A program made the translations under genes and the position numbers. Below are positions 58,747-64,000 of a stretch of DNA of 64,000 nucleotides, one piece after another. The stretch covers positions 2,916,048 to 2,980,047 of the forward strand of contig OZ243965.1 in NCBI GenBank assembly GCA_965214655.1, written 5' to 3'. Positions within the stretch are counted from its first letter, which is position 1. The number at the start of each line of letters is the position of its first letter. The DNA comes from Bryobacterales bacterium (GTDB lineage: Bacteria > Acidobacteriota > Terriglobia > Bryobacterales > UBA6623). A model generated the notes under the pieces. The model was not told the DNA's origin and ran no database searches. It saw nothing but the letters and a program-made list of their open reading frames with translations.

Positions 58747-60243
58747 ATGTGCGCCCTGATGATGCAGCAGAGGACCGGATTGGAGCTTCGCCAGAAGCCC
58801 ATCCTCACCCAGAGTCTGCGGCAGCTTGTCGAGTTGCTGGCGCTCAATCGGTTGGAGTTGCGCGCGAAAATCGACCGCGAGCTCGAGGAAAACCCGGTTC
58901 TTGAATCGGCCGAGGAAGCGGGCGTCGCTACGTTTCCGGACGGGGAGCCGCCGGCGCCGGAGTGGGCTTCGGAAACTGGCGAAGGCGCCTCCGGCGAGGC
59001 TGACGGAAACGCCCTGGAAGATATCGACCTGGAGAAATTTTACGAAGATTATTTCGACGCCGCGCCGAACGGGCGGTCCCTCGAATCCGTCGAGAGACCT
59101 TCGCCCGAGTTGTTTTTGGCCGCTCCGACGACGCTGAGCGATCATCTGCTGCGGCAATTGAGTCTGAGGCCGATTGCGCAGGATGTCCGCCGCGCCGCCG
59201 AGTCGATCATCGGCAACCTGTCGGGCGACGGCTATTTGTCTGCCTCTCTCGAAGAGGTTGCCCGCGCGGCGGATGGAAATCTTGCCGCGGCCGAACGGGC
59301 TTTGCGCCTGGTGCAGGGATTCGACCCGCCCGGCGTTGCCGCCCGGAGCTTGCGCGAGTGCCTGCTGCTTCAGTTGCAAGCGGCGGGGAAAAGGGATTGT
59401 CCCGCGTTCGACATTCTGCTCGACTGCTTCGAGATGCTGGAGCGGGGGGAAACGGCGCGGATTGTCGAAGCGCTGCGTTCCACCGAGCGAGAAGTCCGGC
59501 GGGCAATGAAGACGATTCGGTCATTGGATCCGCGCCCCGGACAGCGCTATCGGCAAACGCAAAATCACTATGTCGAGCCCGACGTTTGCTTTGTCGAGAC
59601 GGCGGGGGGATTCCGCGCCGTTCTCAATGAAGAGGGGCTGCCCGAGCTTCGCGTAAACCGCGGCTACTTGCGCATGCTCGCACGCGGCAAGTCCGACAAG
59701 GATGTCCGCAGCTACGTCAGGGAGCGTTACAATTCGGCGTTTCGGCTGCTGCGCAACATCGAGCAGCGCCGGCAGACGATTCGGCGGACGTGCGAGGCGA
59801 TCGCCCGGCGCCAGGGCGCATTCCTCGCCAACGGGCCGGACTCCCTGCGGCCGATGATGATCAAGGATGTCGCCGAGGAAATCGGCGTTCACCCGTCGAC
59901 GGTCAGCCGCGCCGCGGCCAACAAATACGCGCATACGCCGCACGGCGTCTACGCATTGCGGTCTTTTTTCTCGGAGAACGTTCAGGGGCCGGCGGGCGCG
60001 GCGATGCCGCTGGCGTTGCTCAAGCGCAAGGTCAAGCAAATCATCGCGGCCGAAGACCCGGAAAAGCCGTTGACGGACGATGCTCTCAGCAAAATCCTGA
60101 GGGATGGCGGGATTCACGCGGCGAGGCGCACGGTGGCGAAATACCGAGAGGATTTGGGCATCCCCTCTACCCACAAGCGCCGCCGCAAGCATGCGGCGAA
60201 AGTTTGGGAAAATAGGAACGGCAGGCAGAAAAGGAGCGCATGA
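58747..60243 (+). CDS. rpoN: RNA polymerase sigma-54 factor
   Basis: Start at Met 58747 or 58759. Region I L.L.QKPILTQSLRQLVELLAL, an acidic region II, the core-binding region, an HTH and the RpoN box ARRTVAKYRE. Confidence 0.93.
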   Translation: MCALMMQQRTGLELRQKPILTQSLRQLVELLALNRLELRAKIDRELEENPVLESAEEAGVATFPDGEPPAPEWASETGEGASGEADGNALEDIDLEKFYEDYFDAAPNGRSLESVERPSPELFLAAPTTLSDHLLRQLSLRPIAQDVRRAAESIIGNLSGDGYLSASLEEVARAADGNLAAAERALRLVQGFDPPGVAARSLRECLLLQLQAAGKRDCPAFDILLDCFEMLERGETARIVEALRSTEREVRRAMKTIRSLDPRPGQRYRQTQNHYVEPDVCFVETAGGFRAVLNEEGLPELRVNRGYLRMLARGKSDKDVRSYVRERYNSAFRLLRNIEQRRQTIRRTCEAIARRQGAFLANGPDSLRPMMIKDVAEEIGVHPSTVSRAAANKYAHTPHGVYALRSFFSENVQGPAGAAMPLALLKRKVKQIIAAEDPEKPLTDDALSKILRDGGIHAARRTVAKYREDLGIPSTHKRRRKHAAKVWENRNGRQKRSA

Positions 60244-60815
60244 GAGTTCATTACACGGGCCGCAAAACGGAATTGGCCGCAGGAGAGCGGGCGAAGCTGC
60301 AAAGGAAGTTCGATAAAATTCACCGCGTCTTGAACCGTCGATCCGATTTGGAGGCGCATGTCACTCTCTCGCGGCAGCGCCACTTGTGCGAAGCGGAAGT
60401 GACCCTTCGCGCTCTGCGCCATACGCTTGTGGTGACGCACGCGGCCGTCGCGCCGTTCGGCGCGCTGCATGGAGCTCTGGAAAAGTTGGAGAAACAGGCC
60501 GTTCGCAATAAGCACAAGATCATCGATACGCACCGTCCCGGCAGGCAGCGCGATCGTCCGGCGGCAGTGGTCGCGGAATCCATCAGCGGCCTTGAAGAAG
60601 AGCTCGGCCGCGCGCCCGTCGAAGAGTTGCCCCGGGCGCAGCCGATCATTCGTTCGAACAGCCTCGCGCCCAAGCCGCTGACTGCGGAAGGCGCCGCGCT
60701 CGCGCTCGAGGTCAGCGGACGCGACCACATTTCTTACCGCGATGCCGACAGCGGCCGAGTGCATGTCTTGCTGCGCCGCAGAGACGGCTCGCTGGAGCTG
60801 ATCGAGGCCGAGTAG
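60240..60815 (+). CDS. hpf: ribosome hibernation promoting factor (long HPF / sigma-54 modulation protein)
   Basis: The ATG overlaps the rpoN stop (ATGA), with RBS aaaggag 5 nt upstream. MRVHYTGRKTELAAGERAKLQRKFDKI.. is the RaiA/HPF N-domain. The C-terminal dimerisation domain ..ISYRDADSGRVHVLLRRRDGSLELIE is also present. Confidence 0.9.
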   Translation: MRVHYTGRKTELAAGERAKLQRKFDKIHRVLNRRSDLEAHVTLSRQRHLCEAEVTLRALRHTLVVTHAAVAPFGALHGALEKLEKQAVRNKHKIIDTHRPGRQRDRPAAVVAESISGLEEELGRAPVEELPRAQPIIRSNSLAPKPLTAEGAALALEVSGRDHISYRDADSGRVHVLLRRRDGSLELIEAE

Positions 60816-60819
60816 CTCC

Positions 60820-61716
60820 GTGCCTTACGACGCAGAGTCCGCGGCGGGGAATCCGCTCGAAGACGTGCGCCTGGTGGTCATCACCGGTCTGAGCGGCTCG
60901 GGGAAGGGCACCGTCCTCAATGTATTCGAGGACATGGGCTTCTATACGGTCGATAATCTTCCGGTCAACTTGATCCCGACGTTCACCGACCTTTGCCGCG
61001 CTTCGGCCGAGATCTCGCGGGCGGCCCTGGTCATCGATATCCGCGACAGAGTGGGGCTGAGCCGGTTTCCGCAAATTTACAGCCGGACCGCGGCTGAGAT
61101 CCCCGCGCAGCTTATCTTTCTGGAAGCGATGGACGACGTGCTGCAGCGCCGGTTCAGCGAAACGCGGCGCCCGCACCCTATCGGCGGCTCCACGGTGCAG
61201 GAGAGCATTGCCGAAGAACGCGAGATGTTGGGCGCGGTCCGACAACTGGCGGACATTACCATCGACAGCTCGCGGCACACCATTCACGAATTACGACAAA
61301 AGATTCGAACGCTGTTCGAGAAAGTCGATACGGAGCCGGCGATGCGCATAACGGTGGGCAGCTTCGGTTTCAAACACGGCGTTCCCACCGATGCCGATCT
61401 GCTTTTCGACGTGCGCTTCTTGCCGAACCCGCATTACGAGCCGGGCTGCCGTTACCTGACCGGCAAAGATCGTCAGGTAGCGGATTTCGTGGCGAAGTTT
61501 CCCCAAACGCAGGAGTTCATTGCGCGGGCGGCGGAGATGATCTCTTTTCTTTTGCCGCACTACATCGGTGAAGGGAAGAGCTATATCTCGATCTACTTCG
61601 GCTGCACGGGCGGCCGTCACCGCGCGGTTTTCATCGCCGAGACCATCGCCGGGCATTTAACGCGGGGCGGCCGCGGCGTGAAGATCTATCACCGCGACAT
61701 CGAAAAAAATATCTGA
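60820..61716 (+). CDS. rapZ: RNase adapter protein RapZ (P-loop, YhbJ family)
   Basis: GTG start. VVITGLSGSGKGTVLNVFEDMGFYTVDNLP, FGFKHGVP..ADLLFDVRFLPNPHY, GCTGGRHRAV. Confidence 0.93.
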   Translation: MPYDAESAAGNPLEDVRLVVITGLSGSGKGTVLNVFEDMGFYTVDNLPVNLIPTFTDLCRASAEISRAALVIDIRDRVGLSRFPQIYSRTAAEIPAQLIFLEAMDDVLQRRFSETRRPHPIGGSTVQESIAEEREMLGAVRQLADITIDSSRHTIHELRQKIRTLFEKVDTEPAMRITVGSFGFKHGVPTDADLLFDVRFLPNPHYEPGCRYLTGKDRQVADFVAKFPQTQEFIARAAEMISFLLPHYIGEGKSYISIYFGCTGGRHRAVFIAETIAGHLTRGGRGVKIYHRDIEKNI

Positions 61717-61734
61717 CGCGGCGCGCTTCGACCC

Positions 61735-62199
61735 CTACTCTTCCTTGATCTCGGCGCTGATGGCAATATCGATCGCGCCTCTGACGCTCATGGCCGCAGG
61801 GCATTTCACCGGGTGCGTGTCCAGCGCGCGCTGCGCCCGGTCGCGGGTTCCCGCGGGAATCTTGAGGTGGTAGCGGACCCGGATGCGGGTGATGCGCATG
61901 ATGCCGTCGACATTTTCGACGTCGCCTTCGACCTCGCTCCAAACCTTGTCGGGATGATTCGGAATCTTGCGGACTGCCAGGGCCCCTGACAGAGTGCCGG
62001 TCAGTCAACCGCCGACCGCAGCGACGATATGGTCGAGAGTCGCCGGCAGGTCTCTGGCGGGCTCCATGCCGTAGAAGCGCTTGATGCCGCCGTGAACTCC
62101 GAATACCAGCGGTTCCTCGAAGCCTTCGATGTACGCGCGGCGCTCCGGGGGCTTGTCTTGGTAAAGCTTGATGCGGGAAGTGTGGACCGGTTCGCTCAT
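61735..62199 (-). CDS. OsmC/Ohr-family peroxiredoxin-like protein with an in-frame TGA at the conserved Cys position (candidate selenoprotein, or a nonsense pseudogene)
   Basis: The frame is continuous from the ATG at 62199 to the TAG at 61735-61737 (155 codons) except for the TGA at 62005-62007 (codon 65). Translation: ..PATLDHIVAAVGG[TGA]LTGTLSGALAVRKI...RAQRALDTHPVKCPAAMSV... This matches the OsmC pattern (p.ell.AalagC....l ... CPv), with the TGA in place of the first conserved Cys. Confidence 0.7.
61974..61992 (-). promoter_or_regulatory. bSECIS-like hairpin 12 nt downstream of the in-frame UGA
   Basis: The minus-strand RNA reads UGA CUGACCGGCACU [CUGUCAGG GGC CCUGGCAG] UCC. The stem is 8 bp (7 Watson-Crick plus one U-G) with a G-rich apical loop (GGC, or GGGCC if the closing pair opens). 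The loop starts about 20 nt after the UGA. Confidence 0.5.
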
Positions 62200-62232
62200 A
62201 GCACCATTCTAGTCGTTTTGTCGGCCGGCAAT

Positions 62233-62943
62233 TCAAGCACGTAGCCGTTTCCGGCCGGAGCGGTTCAGCCAGCGCGGCAGAGCGGCGATGCTTGCCAAGA
62301 CCGCGGCGGGTTCGTAGCGCGCGAAGGCTGCTGCCGGAGTCGTTCCGCTGAGCACGGCGGCGAAAGGAATCTCCGCTCGACGGGCGGTTTCCGCGTCCGT
62401 AACGCTGTCGCCGACATAAAGGACCGCTTCGCGGAGCTGCCGCATGCTGTCCGCCGCGGCGAGCAGGCCCTCCGGCGAAGGCTTGAACTCGGTTACGTCG
62501 TCGCCTCCAACGACCGCCTCGAATCTTCCCCTCAGCCCGTCGCGTTCCAGAACGTCTTCGATGCGGCAGCGGAATTTGGTCGACACGATTCCCAGGCGCA
62601 GCCCTTGCAGCCGCAAGACCCGCAGCGTCTCGGGCACGAACGGGAAGATGGTTGTCCGCTCGACCATGATCTTGTCCGAAAGCTCTCGGAAATGGCGGCG
62701 AAATTCCTGAGCGCGCGAGCGCCGCCCCTCGCCGGCCAGGCGGACGAGAGTTTCCGGCAGCGAAAGACCGATGGTCGCGCGGACGGCGTCTGCGCTGACC
62801 GGAGCAAGCTCCATCCGTTCGAACGCATGGGCTACACAGGCGATTACGGCGGACGATGAGTCCGCGAGAGTATAGTCGAAGTCGAATACGACCGCCGAGG
62901 GCAATTTCCATTGTCCGCGATCCGCCGGCTCGTAGCGTCTCAC
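62233..62943 (-). CDS. HAD-superfamily hydrolase (phosphoglycolate phosphatase-like, subfamily IA)
   Basis: GTG start at 62943 (alternative at 62961). Only the 3' third of the track ORF 62233-63369 is protein-like. VVFDFDYTLADS (DxDxT motif I), ..IVSTK.. (motif II), YVGDSVTDAETARRA (motif IV). Confidence 0.82.
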   Translation of the reverse strand: MRRYEPADRGQWKLPSAVVFDFDYTLADSSSAVIACVAHAFERMELAPVSADAVRATIGLSLPETLVRLAGEGRRSRAQEFRRHFRELSDKIMVERTTIFPFVPETLRVLRLQGLRLGIVSTKFRCRIEDVLERDGLRGRFEAVVGGDDVTEFKPSPEGLLAAADSMRQLREAVLYVGDSVTDAETARRAEIPFAAVLSGTTPAAAFARYEPAAVLASIAALPRWLNRSGRKRLRA

Positions 62944-62980
62944 ATCTATCTGAACCGGCACATGCCCTAGACTGAAGCAG

Positions 62981-63928
62981 GTGACGTTTCTCCGTTTTTC
63001 GCCCAGGACACTGTTGATCGCGGCCGTCACGCTTGAGGTAGCCGGCGGCCTCTTGATTGTTTTTTCGCTTCCCGCAGGGGGCGCGGCGATGTGGCTGGGC
63101 ATTGCTCTGATTGCAGTCGGCTCGCTGGCGATGCGCAGCGTCCTCGGCCGCATGGACGCCGAGCGGAAACGGGCGCCCGATGCCCCGGCCGCAACCGCCG
63201 CCGGGGCGGAAGATATCGAGTCGGAATTGAAAAAGCCCGCGCCGCGCGCCGTGAAGTTGACGGCGCGGGGCAATCTCGTCGCCGCTGTGTGGTTGGCGGT
63301 AACGGCGCCGGCGGGCGTGCTGGCTTGGCGGCACTTCAACCGCTTGCCGCCGCCGCGGATGAAGTCCATGCTGGCCTCCGAGGGAGAGTCGGCCGCCGCG
63401 GTAATTCACCGCAAGCAGACATTCGCGGTCGAGGGCGGGGGGGCGCGGCATGCGATCGGGTACAACTTCAACGATGAGTCGGGCGCCTCCATTCGCTCAA
63501 GCGTAACCGTGCCGCGCGCCCTGTTCGACTCCCTTGCGCAAGGAGAGCGTCTCGAGGTGGTCTACTTTCCGCCCGACCCGTCGATCCACTACCTTCCCGA
63601 GATTACGTCGCCGGTGACGACGCGCGTAGTCTGGTTGGCGTTGGGGATTCTGGCCGCCGCCGCGCTGCTCGCCAATGCGCAGCGGCGGACGCATAAAAAG
63701 CTCGTCGCCGAAGGGCGCGCCGTTTGCGGATTCGTCGCCGGCGTGCGGCGCCGGGGCGGCGTCCGCTCGTTTCTGGTGAACTACGACGTTGGCGGAGAGC
63801 GCCGCACCGTTGGCGCTTCGGAGCGCAACGCCGGACTCGAAAACGGGCAGACGGCGACCGTGCTCTACGACCCCCGCCGAGCCGACCGGGCGGTTGTCTA
63901 CAGGTTGGCGCTCTACCGCGCGAAATAG
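62981..63928 (+). CDS. membrane protein with two DUF3592-like modules
   Basis: GTG start. TM helices at LLIAAVTLEVAGGLLIVF, AAMWLGIALIAVGSLA, LVAAVWLAVTAPAGVLAW and VVWLALGILAAAALLA. Each pair is followed by a beta-rich module ending ..GERLEVVYFPPDPSI.. and ..GQTATVLYDPRRADRAVV.., the DUF3592 pattern. Confidence 0.65.
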   Translation: MTFLRFSPRTLLIAAVTLEVAGGLLIVFSLPAGGAAMWLGIALIAVGSLAMRSVLGRMDAERKRAPDAPAATAAGAEDIESELKKPAPRAVKLTARGNLVAAVWLAVTAPAGVLAWRHFNRLPPPRMKSMLASEGESAAAVIHRKQTFAVEGGGARHAIGYNFNDESGASIRSSVTVPRALFDSLAQGERLEVVYFPPDPSIHYLPEITSPVTTRVVWLALGILAAAALLANAQRRTHKKLVAEGRAVCGFVAGVRRRGGVRSFLVNYDVGGERRTVGASERNAGLENGQTATVLYDPRRADRAVVYRLALYRAK

Positions 63929-63937
63929 CCGGCCGCC

Positions 63938-63972
63938 GGGCCCGCAGCCTGCCGCATCGAGGCTGCGGGCCC
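63938..63972 (+). terminator. possible terminator hairpin (12-bp perfect stem, no U-tract)
   Basis: gggcccgcagcc (63938-63949) / ggctgcgggccc (63961-63972) with an 11-nt loop, 10 nt after the stop codon. There is no downstream T-run, so function as an intrinsic terminator is uncertain. Confidence 0.3.
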
Positions 63973-64000
63973 GGCGCCGTGTGCGTCCGAGGTTCAGTTG

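Noticed and set aside
61631-63451. A 606-aa minus-strand ORF spanning the rapZ end, the OsmC-like gene, the HAD gene and part of the DUF3592 gene.
   Set aside because: The translation is Arg/Gly/Pro-rich nonsense. Other frames in the same interval encode recognisable OsmC, HAD (DxDxT) and membrane proteins.

Overview
The window is a 64 kb, high-GC (roughly two-thirds G+C by eye) bacterial chromosomal segment that is densely coding on both strands. I support about 54 protein-coding genes. I recognised no rRNA, tRNA, CRISPR array, transposase or integrase. All calls rest on reading the supplied ORF translations and the DNA by eye (motifs, family-typical sequence, start-codon and RBS context); no searches were run.

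Gene content points to Acidobacteriota of the Bryobacter/Solibacter type, which is an inference. The supporting features are a TonB-dependent receptor with an N-terminal carboxypeptidase-regulatory-like domain, an FG-GAP/ASPIC-UnbV protein followed by a TPR protein, a Tat-signal DUF1552 protein, a MacB-type permease with no ATPase nearby, and YfhO-like and FAD_oxidored-type proteins.

Conserved housekeeping blocks:
- tilS(3' end)-ftsH
- pdxS-pdxT
- trkA-trkH
- folD, pepP
- rpoN-hpf-rapZ
- plsC

Two envelope efflux loci are present. One is adaptor-adaptor-MacB permease-TolC on the plus strand. The other is an MdtABC-like adaptor-RND-RND operon on the minus strand.

Most noteworthy observations:
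1. An OsmC/Ohr-family gene (61735-62199, minus) has an in-frame TGA exactly at the conserved N-terminal Cys position. An 8-bp hairpin with a G-rich loop starts 12 nt downstream, so it is a candidate selenoprotein with a bSECIS-like element.
2. An atypical-codon-usage 583-aa orphan coiled-coil protein (19809-21560) follows a 342-bp lower-GC spacer.
3. A three-member family of small membrane-anchored coiled-coil proteins brackets a tandem-USP gene next to ftsH. Two of them form a recent tandem duplication.
4. A MacA-like adaptor carries about 160 aa of Gly/Gln-rich insertion built partly from a perfect 81-nt tandem repeat.
5. The second RND pump gene is broken by a single-base frameshift in a C/G run.
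6. A low-GC islet with two small genes (RHH-like, and a 2-TM protein) lies between a GT2 and a YfhO-type glycosyltransferase.

Many long ORFs in the track are antisense or alternate-frame shadows typical of high-GC DNA and were rejected.
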